Assembly (NCBI GenBank): GCA_023213235.1
Contig: CP096137.1
Span: 2,216,908 to 2,280,907, forward strand
DNA: 64,000 bases
Source of the DNA: Elusimicrobiota bacterium
GTDB taxonomy: Bacteria > Elusimicrobiota > Elusimicrobia > UBA1565 > UBA9628
Direction of reading: 5' to 3'
Each line of letters opens with the position of its first letter. Position 1 is the stretch's first letter. The position numbers were made by a program, and so were the translations under genes. Positions 29,633-38,584 of this stretch are shown piece after piece. A model generated the notes under the pieces. That model was not told the origin of the DNA. It ran no database searches and was given only the letters and a program-made list of their open reading frames with translations.

Positions 29633-30403
29633 TCAAGGCCTCGTCGCCGACACGCGCCAGGAGGTCCCGACGTAGAAGTCGACGTGGACGTCCTTCCAGC
29701 CCTCGACCCAGGAGCGCGCCTGCGCCTCGGTGATCAGGTGGGTGGTCGGGGCGTTGAGCTTGTCGAAGACATTCAACAATCGCCTTTGATAAGTCGACCC
29801 GCGCAGATTTTTGCAGTACGTATAGTAGGGGAACGATTCGGGAAGCGGCAAACGATAAAAAGTGTGCATCAGGATCGAGCCGACGACGGTAAGCAAATGA
29901 CTGAGGGCCATGACGAACGACCGGGGAAAGTAATCCAGCAAATATTTTTTCAGCGGCTCGAGAACCCAGTACACGAACCCGTTGCCCTCGCGCGAGTACA
30001 ACCAGAACATGATGCGGCCGCCCGGCTTGACGAGCGTCTTGAGGTGCGCGGCCGTGGCGTTCGGATCCTTCGTGTGATGCACGACGCCGACGGAGTAGAC
30101 GACGTCGAACCGCTCACCGGTATCCCACTTGGCGATATCGCCGGACACGATCTCGACGTTCGACAGGTCGGCGAGTTTTTCTTTCGCTATCGGCGACGTG
30201 TTCAGATCCACGCCCACGACTCTGCTCGCGTAGCGCGCCGCGATGCGCGCGTGATGGCCCGGGCCGCAGCCGCCGTCCATGACGGTCTTGCCGGCCCAGT
30301 CCTCGGGCTTGTTCGGGTGGATCCAGGCCCGGAACAGCCATTCGTCCTTATCCTCGAGGTTGGTCCAGAGGTAGTTCCACTCGGCCTGGTTGGCCTGGCT
30401 CAT
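29633..30403 (-). CDS. class I SAM-dependent methyltransferase
   Basis: Internal ATG 30403 of ORF 29633..30703. Motif I is VMDGGCGPGHHA, followed by FDVVYSVGVVHH and VKPGGRIMF. The 3' half is visibly less GC-rich than its neighbours. Confidence 0.75.
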   Translation of the reverse strand: MSQANQAEWNYLWTNLEDKDEWLFRAWIHPNKPEDWAGKTVMDGGCGPGHHARIAARYASRVVGVDLNTSPIAKEKLADLSNVEIVSGDIAKWDTGERFDVVYSVGVVHHTKDPNATAAHLKTLVKPGGRIMFWLYSREGNGFVYWVLEPLKKYLLDYFPRSFVMALSHLLTVVGSILMHTFYRLPLPESFPYYTYCKNLRGSTYQRRLLNVFDKLNAPTTHLITEAQARSWVEGWKDVHVDFYVGTSWRVSATRP

Positions 30404-31662
30404 CGCGGCCCCCACAGCGCGTCGCGCACGCCAAGCGCCAGCGCGCGGGCCTGGGGCTGGAACGCCCACAGCACGAGGTTCAGCCCGAGCCAGGTCCCGG
30501 CGGCGGCCCGGAAGCGCGGACGGCCCAGGCGCTCGACGGCCGACGCGGCGCCCGCGGCGGCGAGCACGAGCAGGTAGGGCGAGACGCCTTGGCGGTAGCG
30601 CGAGGCCCAGCCGCCGCAGAACGTGAAGATCGTCAGCGAGCCGGCGATCGCCAGCGCGAACGGCCACAGCTCGCGGCGCTTGGGCAGCAGGACGAGGCTC
30701 CACGCCGCGAACGGCAGCGCGAGCATGTAGGTCCAGTCGTAGCCGGGCAGGAACGGATAGAGGATGCTGACGAAGTTGAACGCGTAGGCCTTCGCCTTCT
30801 GCGCGAAGGACAGCCCGCGCGACAGCTCACGGAACTTCGCGCCGTACAGCCTGTCGCGCACGAGCTCGTGGCCGGGAGGCGGCTCGAAACGCGGCCCGGC
30901 GTCCCAGCCGAAACGGTCGGCGGGCAGCCACAGCGAAAGATAGACGACGCTGCGGCTGACCGTGCTGCCCGGCACGAGGCGCCCGAACTGCGCGTAGTTC
31001 CGCCCGACCCACAGTCCCGCCACGACCGCCAGCGAGACCGCCGCGATGCCGACCTGCCGCAGGCCGAAGCGGGGGAACAGCGCGGGCATGAGAAGGATCA
31101 CGGCGCCCGCGTACGGCAGCGGCTCGGGGCGCACGAGGTAGAGCGCGCCGGAGAGCAGGCCGAAGCCCGCGGCGCGGCGCGCCGGCGTCCAGTCCTCGCG
31201 GTACAGCGCCCAGGCGGAGGCGATGAGCAGGAAGCTGTACAGGCTCTCGCTGAGCAGCATCGCCGCGGGCGTCACGAGCCCGCCGTACGCGGCCGCGAGC
31301 GCTGCCGCGGCGAGCGCCCAGCCCTCGGGCGCGACGCGGCGCGCGACGCGGCGGATCAGCACGCACGCCGCCGCGCCGAGCAGGCACTGGACCGCGATCA
31401 CGGCCTCGGGCGAGGGGCCGAGCAGGAGCCGGACCGCGGCCAGGAACACCGGGTAGCCGGGCATGCGCGTGGCGATCGCGCCGCCGGGGCCGAAGTACAG
31501 ACCCGTCTCCGCCAGGCTCCGGGCGAATTCCCAATATTCCGCGGAGTCGCCGGCCGGCGGCCAGGCGACTCCCGCGCGAAACGCGTGGGCCGCGCGCAGC
31601 AGCAGCGCCGCGCCGAAAAGCCCCGCGTCGCGCCGGTCGAGCGCCGGCTCAGGCCGGCTCAT
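30400..31662 (-). CDS. GT-C fold glycosyltransferase (family 39 / ArnT-PMT_2-like) membrane protein
   Basis: Internal ATG 31662 of ORF 30400..32274. N-terminal DSAEYWEFARSLAETG...MPGYPVFLA, then about 10 further hydrophobic segments. The stop overlaps the methyltransferase start. Confidence 0.6.
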   Translation of the reverse strand: MSRPEPALDRRDAGLFGAALLLRAAHAFRAGVAWPPAGDSAEYWEFARSLAETGLYFGPGGAIATRMPGYPVFLAAVRLLLGPSPEAVIAVQCLLGAAACVLIRRVARRVAPEGWALAAAALAAAYGGLVTPAAMLLSESLYSFLLIASAWALYREDWTPARRAAGFGLLSGALYLVRPEPLPYAGAVILLMPALFPRFGLRQVGIAAVSLAVVAGLWVGRNYAQFGRLVPGSTVSRSVVYLSLWLPADRFGWDAGPRFEPPPGHELVRDRLYGAKFRELSRGLSFAQKAKAYAFNFVSILYPFLPGYDWTYMLALPFAAWSLVLLPKRRELWPFALAIAGSLTIFTFCGGWASRYRQGVSPYLLVLAAAGAASAVERLGRPRFRAAAGTWLGLNLVLWAFQPQARALALGVRDALWGPR

Positions 31663-31742
31663 CCTAGACGCGCCCCGCGCGGCGCGCCTCGATCGGGAGC
31701 GCGACGCAGCCGAGAAGGGGATCGCCGTCGTCAGGAAGCCGG

Positions 31743-32327
31743 TCAGGACGGGGGCGCCAGCTGGGCGGACAGGAAGATGCACGCCTCCTGGACCACCCAG
31801 ACCGCGATCATCGCGGGAACGAGGAAGCCGGCGCCGCGCGCGGCGTCGCCGAAGCCCTGCCCCAAGGCTCGCCAGGCGCTCCCGGCCTCGGCGCGGCGCG
31901 CCGCGGCCAGCGAGGAGGCGGCGCCCAGCATCAGCGCGGCGACCTTGCCGAGCCCGACGAGCCCGTAGATCGCGGCCGCCGACGCGGTCGTCGCGGCCTC
32001 GGCCGACGTCAGGCGGAAGACGATCTTCGCGCTGACGATTCCGAAGACCATCAGCAATGGGTACGGCAGGATGTAGACGGCGAACAGCGCCGCGCAGCGG
32101 CGCGCGTCGACGCCGCGGCCGTCGCCGAGCCACAACTCCGCGAACAGCGCCGTGACCATCGACGTGGTCAGCGCGGTCAGCAGGAACTTGAGCGCGAGGA
32201 AGCCCGTCGTGTACGGCATCGCCCCGATGAAGCCCTGCGTGAGCATCGCCAGCAGGGGCGCGGCCAGGAGCCATGGGCGCGTCAGCGCGCGGTCACGGAC
32301 CCGGGCTATCAGTGAGTTATCGGCCAA
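31743..32327 (-). CDS. polytopic membrane protein, unknown function
   Basis: 194 aa with about 5 TM helices. No family recognised. The gene starts 3 nt after the PaaA-like stop. Confidence 0.5.
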   Translation of the reverse strand: MADNSLIARVRDRALTRPWLLAAPLLAMLTQGFIGAMPYTTGFLALKFLLTALTTSMVTALFAELWLGDGRGVDARRCAALFAVYILPYPLLMVFGIVSAKIVFRLTSAEAATTASAAAIYGLVGLGKVAALMLGAASSLAAARRAEAGSAWRALGQGFGDAARGAGFLVPAMIAVWVVQEACIFLSAQLAPPS

Positions 32328-32330
32328 TCG

Positions 32331-33158
32331 TCAGCCCGGAATGAAGGGCTCTTCCGACATCTTCGCGGCCTCGGGCGCCCAGTGCGGGACCTTCAGACCG
32401 AACTTCGCGGCCTTGTCCGCGATGTCCTTCGCGAAGGCCTGGCGGACGTCGTCGTTGTCGCGCTTCTTGAGGCCGTATTTGCGATAGAGGGCATTTTTCG
32501 GGGATCCGCGGCGGCCGAAGATGTTCATCGTGCGCGGGTACCAGCGGTCGAACGCCTCCTGCAGGTCGTCGTGCGTCTTCGGGTCGGCGGAGAGGCGCTT
32601 GGTCCACTGGTCGCCGTGCGCCATGTGCATCTCCTCTTCCTTGAAGATGCCCTCCATCCCCTCGCACCACGGCTTGTAGGAGCAGTCGAGGCTGTCCTCG
32701 AGCTGGTGGCCGGCGCCCCGGTCCATGCAGAAGTTGAACATGATGAAGTCCGACCACTTCTCGATCGGGTAGTAGAAGATGTTGACGCGCTTGTCGTCGG
32801 CGGCGCGCAAAGTCCCGATGTCGTCCTTCTCGACGCGCAGGTTGAAGTTGTGGCTCTTGTAGTACGCGTCGACGTCCACGCCCATGCCCTTGAGCAGGCG
32901 GTACATGACCGTCGCGTGGCGCACCTCGTCCTTGACGATCTGCGCGACGACGAGCGTCTCGTTGATGTCCGGGGCCTTCTGGATCCACGGCACGTAGCCG
33001 AACGCGCCGGCGAGCTCGGAGTCGGCCTGCATCATCATCAGATTCGTCAGGTGCTCGCGGTACTCGTCCGACATCTCGGAGAGCTCCGTGATCTTCTGTC
33101 CCTTCGAGATCTTCTCGAGGAGCTTCTCTTCGCGGACGCGGTTGGGTTCGAGGGCCAT
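32331..33158 (-). CDS. PaaA/PaaC-family ferritin-like di-iron protein (orphan)
   Basis: Starts at the internal ATG 33158 (MALEPNRVREEKLLEKI...). It has MMMQADSELAG, the EVRH and EEEMHMAHG carboxylate/His motifs, and AAAGGAGAA upstream. 276 codons. Confidence 0.65.
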   Translation of the reverse strand: MALEPNRVREEKLLEKISKGQKITELSEMSDEYREHLTNLMMMQADSELAGAFGYVPWIQKAPDINETLVVAQIVKDEVRHATVMYRLLKGMGVDVDAYYKSHNFNLRVEKDDIGTLRAADDKRVNIFYYPIEKWSDFIMFNFCMDRGAGHQLEDSLDCSYKPWCEGMEGIFKEEEMHMAHGDQWTKRLSADPKTHDDLQEAFDRWYPRTMNIFGRRGSPKNALYRKYGLKKRDNDDVRQAFAKDIADKAAKFGLKVPHWAPEAAKMSEEPFIPG

Positions 33159-33162
33159 GGGG

Positions 33163-33965
33163 CTATTCTCCTTTGAACTGGGGGGACGCTTCTCGAGGAA
33201 AGCGGTGACTCCTTCGGCGTGATCCTGCGTCTTCCCGAGGATCTCCTGCAGCTGCGCCTCGTACTCCATCTGCTCGTCGAGGGAGGCGGCCTCGAGCGAC
33301 TTGTTGACGGCGCGCTTGGTAAGCGCTAGCGCCATCGGCGGCATCTTGGCCAGATCGGCGGCCAGGGCCTGGGCTTCCGCGAGGACGGAATCCGCCGGGA
33401 CCACTCTATTCACCCAGCCCCACTGGAGGGCCTGCTCGGAGGTCACGGGCTTGGCGAGCCACATGTGCTCGAGCGCCTTCGAGTAGCCGGCGAAGCGGGG
33501 AAGGTAGTATGTCATGCCGGAATCGGGCACCAATCCGACGCGCACAAACGCGTTGAGGAAGGTCGCCTTCTCGGCGCAGATCTTCAAATCCGCGGCCAGC
33601 ACGATGCTGGCGCCCGCGCCGGCTGCGAGACCGTTGATCGCGCCGATCACCGGCTTCTCGAGCTTGCGGATCTGCGCGACCAGCGGATTGAAGTGATCGC
33701 GCAGCTCGTCGCCGAGTGAGAATGATTTCGCTTTCTGGCGCTTCTGGAGGTCGCCGAGGTCGGCCCCAGCGCAGAACGCGCGGCCGGAAGCCGTGAGCAC
33801 GACGGCCTTGACGGACTTGTCGGTCTCGGCTTTCTTGAGCGAGTCTCGAATGCCCTTCATCATGCCAATGGTCAGGGCGTTGAGGACGTCGGGGCGGTTG
33901 AGCGTGATCGTGAGAATCCCGTCCTTCAGGTCGATCAGCAGTTCCTGCGTCGCGGTCGTGGTCAT
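33163..33965 (-). CDS. enoyl-CoA hydratase/isomerase (PaaG-like); 1-nt indel at 33180-33185
   Basis: LTITLNRPDVLNAL, VVLTASGRAFCAGADL and GAINGLAAGAGASIVLAADL. Restoring one C gives the ending AFLEKRPPQFKGE* at 33163 (268 codons) and separates this gene from the PaaA-like gene. Confidence 0.75.
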
Positions 33966-34750
33966 TTTCCGCTCCAGACGGGTTTTCTCTTCTCGGCGAA
34001 CGCCGTCATCCCTTCTTTCTGATCGGCCGTGTCGAACAAGCCGTAAAAGGCGTTGCGCTCATCGACGAGCCCCTTGTCGAGCCCGCGGTCGACGGCGGCG
34101 CGCACCGCGGCCTTCGCGGCCTGCACGGCGAGCGGGGGCTGCGCGGCGATCAGCGCGGCGAGCTTCTTCGCCTCGCCGAGATAGGACTCGACGGGCACGA
34201 CGCGGTTGACGAGGCCGTGCGCGAGCGCCTCGCGCGCCGTCAGGCGGCGGCCGGTCAGGTTCATCTCCATCGAGAGGGCCTTGCCGACGGCCTTGGTCAG
34301 GCGCTGGGTTCCGCCGGCGCCGGCCATCACGCCGATGAGGACCTCGGGCTGGCCGAACACCGCGGTCTCGGAGGCGACGATCATGTCGCAGGCCATCGCG
34401 AGCTCGCAGCCGCCGCCGAGCGCGAAACCGGAGACGGCCGCGATCACCGGCTTTTTCATGCGGCCGATTTCGTCCCAATGGCCGAGATGGCGCGCGAGCG
34501 CCGCTCCGGCGGCCTTGGCGCCTTCGATCGCCTTCATCTCGCCGATGTCGGCGCCCGCGGCGAAGGCGCGCGGCAGGCCGGCCAGCACCATGCAGCGGAT
34601 CGCGGGATCCCGGTCGAAGCCGCGCAGGGCCTCGGCGACGGCGTCCATCACCGCGATGGACAACGCGTTGAGCGCCTGCGGACGGTTGATCACGACGACG
34701 CCGACGGCGCCTTCGGCCTCGACGAGGACTTCGGGAGCGGCCGTGGTCAT
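33962..34750 (-). CDS. enoyl-CoA hydratase (crotonase)
   Basis: 262 aa with VVVINRPQALNAL, FAAGADI, AAVSGFALGGGCELAMACD and AFAEKRKP. Confidence 0.85.
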   Translation of the reverse strand: MTTAAPEVLVEAEGAVGVVVINRPQALNALSIAVMDAVAEALRGFDRDPAIRCMVLAGLPRAFAAGADIGEMKAIEGAKAAGAALARHLGHWDEIGRMKKPVIAAVSGFALGGGCELAMACDMIVASETAVFGQPEVLIGVMAGAGGTQRLTKAVGKALSMEMNLTGRRLTAREALAHGLVNRVVPVESYLGEAKKLAALIAAQPPLAVQAAKAAVRAAVDRGLDKGLVDERNAFYGLFDTADQKEGMTAFAEKRKPVWSGK

Positions 34751-34751
34751 C

Positions 34752-36257
34752 CTAGTTGAGGTCCACCCACACCGACTTCACCGAGGTGTAGTTCTCGATC
34801 GCGTACGGGCCCTTCTCGCGCCCGTAGCCCGACTGCTTGACGCCGCCCCAGGGCGCGGCCGCGTCGACGAACTGGTAGCAGTTGATCCAGACCACGCCCG
34901 CCTTGAGGCGGTTCGCCGCGAGATGCGCCTTCTTGATGTCCTTCGTCCAGACGGCGGCGACGAGGCCGTAGTCCGTGGAGTTGGCGCGGTCGATCACCTC
35001 GTCGACGGAGTCGAAGGGGAACAGGCAGACGACGGGCCCGAAGATCTCCTCGCGCGCGATCGTCATGTCGTCCTTCACGTCGCCGAACACGGTCGGCTGG
35101 ATGAACCAGCCCGCTCCGGGCTGGGCGGCGCCGCCCGCGAGCAGCTTGGCGCCCTCGGACTTGCCCTTCTCCACGAGGGAGAGCACGCGATCGCGCTGCT
35201 CCTTGGACACGAGCGGTCCCATCGCGATCTTGGGGTCCAGGCCGTTGCCCTGCTTGATCTTGCCGGCCCGGTCGGCGACCGCGGCGACGAGCTTGTCGTA
35301 GGCGGGGCGCTCGATGAACACGCGCGAGCCGGCGGAGCAGGTCTGGCCCTGGTTGTAGAAGATGCCGGCGAAGATGCCGCGCGCCGCGGCCTCCATGTCG
35401 GCGTCGGCGAAGATGATGTTGGGCGACTTGCCCCCGAGCTCCATCGTCACTCGCTTCATGTTGCCGGCCGAGGCCTTCACGATCTCGCGGCCGACCTCGG
35501 TGGAGCCGGTGAAGGTCACCTTGTCGATGCCCATGTGCTTGGCGATGGCCGCGCCCGCCGTCGGGCCCAAGCCCGGGACGACGTTGACGACGCCCGCCGG
35601 CACGCCGGCCTCGAGCAGAAGCTCGCCCAGCCACAGCGCCGAGAGCGGCGTCTGCTCCGCGGGCTTGAGGACGACCGTGTTGCCGCAGGCCAGGATCGGG
35701 GCCAGGCGCTCGGCGGCCATGAGCAGGGGGAAGTTCCACGGGATGATGGCGCCGACGACGCCGATGGGCTCGCGCACCGTGTACTGGAGGAACTTCGCGC
35801 CCGGATAGTACGGAACGGAGACGGGGGTCGTGTCGCCGGTGATCTTGGTGGGCCAGCCGCCGTAGTAGCGGAACAGCGCGACGGAGAGGGGAAGGTCGCC
35901 GGACTTGGCCTCGCGGATCGGCTTGCCGTTGTCGAGCGTGTCGAGCTGGGCGAAGGCCTCGGCGCGGGCCTCCAGGAGGTCCGCGACCTTATGAAGGACC
36001 TTCTCGCGCTCGGCGGGCGTCATCTTGCCCCACGGGCCCTCGAGGGCCTTGCGGGCGGCGGCGACGGCGGCGTCGACGTCGGCCGCGTCGCCGGCGGCGA
36101 CGGCGCCGAGCGCTTCCCCGGTGGCCGGGTTCACGGTCTCGAAGGTTTTCCCCGAGGCGGCGTCGACGGGCTTGCCGTCGATCAGCAGCTTGTGGACCTT
36201 GCGGGCGAGGAACTCTTTAAGGAGAGGGTGCACGTCGGGAAGGGAAGCGGTAGTCAT
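34752..36257 (-). CDS. NAD(P)-dependent aldehyde dehydrogenase
   Basis: Internal ATG 36257 of ORF 34752..36995, giving a 501-aa protein. Motifs: FPLLMAAERLAPILACGNTVVLKPAEQTP, VTMELGGKSP and the catalytic Cys in NQGQTCSAGSR. Confidence 0.85.
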   Translation of the reverse strand: MTTASLPDVHPLLKEFLARKVHKLLIDGKPVDAASGKTFETVNPATGEALGAVAAGDAADVDAAVAAARKALEGPWGKMTPAEREKVLHKVADLLEARAEAFAQLDTLDNGKPIREAKSGDLPLSVALFRYYGGWPTKITGDTTPVSVPYYPGAKFLQYTVREPIGVVGAIIPWNFPLLMAAERLAPILACGNTVVLKPAEQTPLSALWLGELLLEAGVPAGVVNVVPGLGPTAGAAIAKHMGIDKVTFTGSTEVGREIVKASAGNMKRVTMELGGKSPNIIFADADMEAAARGIFAGIFYNQGQTCSAGSRVFIERPAYDKLVAAVADRAGKIKQGNGLDPKIAMGPLVSKEQRDRVLSLVEKGKSEGAKLLAGGAAQPGAGWFIQPTVFGDVKDDMTIAREEIFGPVVCLFPFDSVDEVIDRANSTDYGLVAAVWTKDIKKAHLAANRLKAGVVWINCYQFVDAAAPWGGVKQSGYGREKGPYAIENYTSVKSVWVDLN

Positions 36258-36293
36258 TCCTGAATTCAACAAAATTACCGTATACTGCGGCCA

Positions 36294-36863
36294 GTGATCC
36301 GGCTCCTGCTCCTGTTGGCCCTCGGCGCCCGCGCCCAGACCTCCTGCCTGGCCCGGGTCGCGGGTGAGCTCGAGGCCCTGCGGCCGTCGTTTCCGCGTCT
36401 GAACGGGCTGAACCTGGCCCTCGAGCCCTTCGAGTCGGACGAGGACTTTCTCCAGGCGCGGCCGCAGGGATTCTGGAAGCGCCCGGAGGACCGGGTCTAC
36501 GTCGTGCGCGTCGGCGGCCGGCTGTGCGCCGACCCGCCGCCGCCCGAGGCCGAGAAGGCGATCCTCCTCCACGAACTCGCCCACCTCGACGCCTACGCCG
36601 CAATGGGACGCCGCGCGCTGCTGTCTCTCGGGTGGGCCTACCTCGTCTCTCCGGGCGGCGCGCGGGTGGAATCCTTCGAGAAGTCGGCCGACGACGCCGT
36701 CGTGAGGCTCGGGCGCGCGGAGGACCTGGCGCTGTACCGGGAATGGCTGTATCCTCGCGTGAGTCCGGCCGCGGCCGCGCGCAAGCGACGCCTGTACCGC
36801 ACGCCCGAAGAGTTGCGGCGTCCCTTGACCGAAACGGCCGCGTCCGGTAGAATCAGCCCTTGA
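36294..36863 (+). CDS. small exported HExxH-motif protein, unknown family
   Basis: 189 aa. The GTG start lies 7 nt after a TATACT box. Signal peptide is MIRLLLLLALGARAQ, and the motif is ILLHELAHLDAY. Confidence 0.5.
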   Translation: MIRLLLLLALGARAQTSCLARVAGELEALRPSFPRLNGLNLALEPFESDEDFLQARPQGFWKRPEDRVYVVRVGGRLCADPPPPEAEKAILLHELAHLDAYAAMGRRALLSLGWAYLVSPGGARVESFEKSADDAVVRLGRAEDLALYREWLYPRVSPAAAARKRRLYRTPEELRRPLTETAASGRISP

Positions 36864-36876
36864 TGAGGTTGCCCGA

Positions 36877-37368
36877 GTGAAGTCCAAGGCTCCCGCCGCC
36901 CGTTGGCCGCTGCCCGACTGGGAGAAGGTGCAGCCGTTCCCTTTCGCGACGGCGCGCGGCGCGTTCGCGGGGATGACGCAGTCCGAGGACCGCATCGAGC
37001 TCGAGTATTATCGGCGGCACGACGGCTCGCTCGTCGCCATCGCGAAGTTCGGGTCGCTGTCGGAGGGGGCGCCCGGGCTCGTGCACGGCGGGGCGATCCT
37101 GACCGCCCTCGACGAGGCGCTCGGCGCGGCCGCCTGGCTCCTGGAGCGCCCCGTCATGACGGCGCGCCTGACCACCGAATTCCGCAAGGGCGTACCGGTG
37201 GGCGCCACGATGCTCGTCGAGACGCGCTTCATCCGCGAGCGCCACCGGCTCGTCCTGCTCGAAGGGACGATGACGGGCGACGACGGCCAGGTCTACGCGT
37301 ACGCCGACGGCCGCTTCATGGTGCTGGCCGAGGCCGACCAGAAGCGCATTCTGGGCCGTCTGGCCTGA
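36877..37368 (+). CDS. PaaI-family (hotdog-fold) thioesterase
   Basis: 163 aa with GLVHGGAILTALDEALGAA, typical of PaaI/4HBT-type thioesterases. Confidence 0.7.
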   Translation: MKSKAPAARWPLPDWEKVQPFPFATARGAFAGMTQSEDRIELEYYRRHDGSLVAIAKFGSLSEGAPGLVHGGAILTALDEALGAAAWLLERPVMTARLTTEFRKGVPVGATMLVETRFIRERHRLVLLEGTMTGDDGQVYAYADGRFMVLAEADQKRILGRLA

Positions 37369-37399
37369 CGTCCGGCGCCAAAAAAGCTAAAATCCCGTC

Positions 37400-38584
37400 A
37401 TGAAACTGGCACGAAGCTTCTCGCGCCTGGGCACGGAGACCGCTTTCGAGGTCCTCGCCCGCGCCCGCGCCCTCGAGGCCCAGGGCCGCAAGATCGTCCA
37501 CCTGGAGATCGGCGAGCCCGACTTCGACACCCCGAAGAACATCCGCGACGCCGCGAAGAAGGCCCTCGACGCCGGCTTCACGCATTACGGGCCTTCGGCC
37601 GGGCTCCCCGAAGCCCGAAAAGCCGTCGCTGAATACGTCGCGAAGTCGCGCGGGATCTCCGTGCGCCCCGAGGAGACGATCCTCGTCCCCGGCGGCAAGC
37701 CCGTGATCTTCTTCACGATCCTGGCGCTCGTCGAGCCCGGCGACGAGGTCATCTATCCGAACCCCGGCTTCCCGATCTACGAGTCGATGATCAACTACGT
37801 CGGAGGCAAGGCCGTGCCGCTGCCGATCCGCGAGAGCCTCGAGTGGGACTTCGACCCGGCGGAGCTCGAAAAGCTCCTGTCGCCCAAGACGAAGCTCGTG
37901 ATCCTGAACTCGCCCGCCAATCCGACCGGCGGCGTGATGTCGCCCGCCACGATGGAGCGCGTCGCCAAGGCGCTGGCCAAATTCCCCGACGCGATGGTGC
38001 TCTCCGACGAGATCTACTCGCGCATCGTCTACAAGGGCGAGCACCGCTCGCTGCTTTCCTTGCCCGGCATGAAGGAGCGCACGATCCTGCTCGACGGCTT
38101 CTCGAAGACCTGGGCGATGACCGGCTGGCGGCTCGGCTACGGCGTGGGCCCGAAGTGGCTCATCGACGCGATGGCCAAGCTCTCGACCAACGATCACTCC
38201 TGCGTCGCCTCGTTCTCCCAGATCGCGGCGATCGAGGCGCTCCAGGGTCCTCAGACCTCGGTGACCGCGATGGTCAAGGAGTTCAAGAAGCGCCGCGACG
38301 TGATCGTGAAGGGGCTCAACGCGCTTCCGGGCGTGACGTGCAAGACGCCCAACGCCGCCTTCTACGTGTTCCCGAACATCAAGGGCACCGGCCTCAAGTC
38401 GAAGGAGCTCGCCGACGCCCTGCTCAACGAGGCCGGCGTCGCCTGCCTGCCCGGAACGTCGTTCGGCGCCCTCGGCGAAGGCTACCTGCGCTTCTCCTAC
38501 GCGAACTCGGTCGAGAACATCGAGAAGGCCCTCGCCGCCATGAAGAGAGCCATCCCGAAGCTATTAGCGAGCGAAGCGGTTTGA
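37400..38584 (+). CDS. class I/II PLP-dependent aminotransferase (aspartate aminotransferase-like)
   Basis: 394 aa with NSPANPTGG, DEIYSRIVY, the lysine in GFSKTWAMTGWRLGY, and RFSYA. Confidence 0.85.
   Translation: MKLARSFSRLGTETAFEVLARARALEAQGRKIVHLEIGEPDFDTPKNIRDAAKKALDAGFTHYGPSAGLPEARKAVAEYVAKSRGISVRPEETILVPGGKPVIFFTILALVEPGDEVIYPNPGFPIYESMINYVGGKAVPLPIRESLEWDFDPAELEKLLSPKTKLVILNSPANPTGGVMSPATMERVAKALAKFPDAMVLSDEIYSRIVYKGEHRSLLSLPGMKERTILLDGFSKTWAMTGWRLGYGVGPKWLIDAMAKLSTNDHSCVASFSQIAAIEALQGPQTSVTAMVKEFKKRRDVIVKGLNALPGVTCKTPNAAFYVFPNIKGTGLKSKELADALLNEAGVACLPGTSFGALGEGYLRFSYANSVENIEKALAAMKRAIPKLLASEAV

Noticed and set aside
32331-33965. The 544-aa ORF as a genuine enoyl-CoA hydratase / PaaA fusion protein.
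   Set aside because: One added C in the run at 33180-33185 gives a canonical hydratase C-terminus, a stop, an SD and an ATG for the second protein. The window contains about 30 other homopolymer indels of the same kind.
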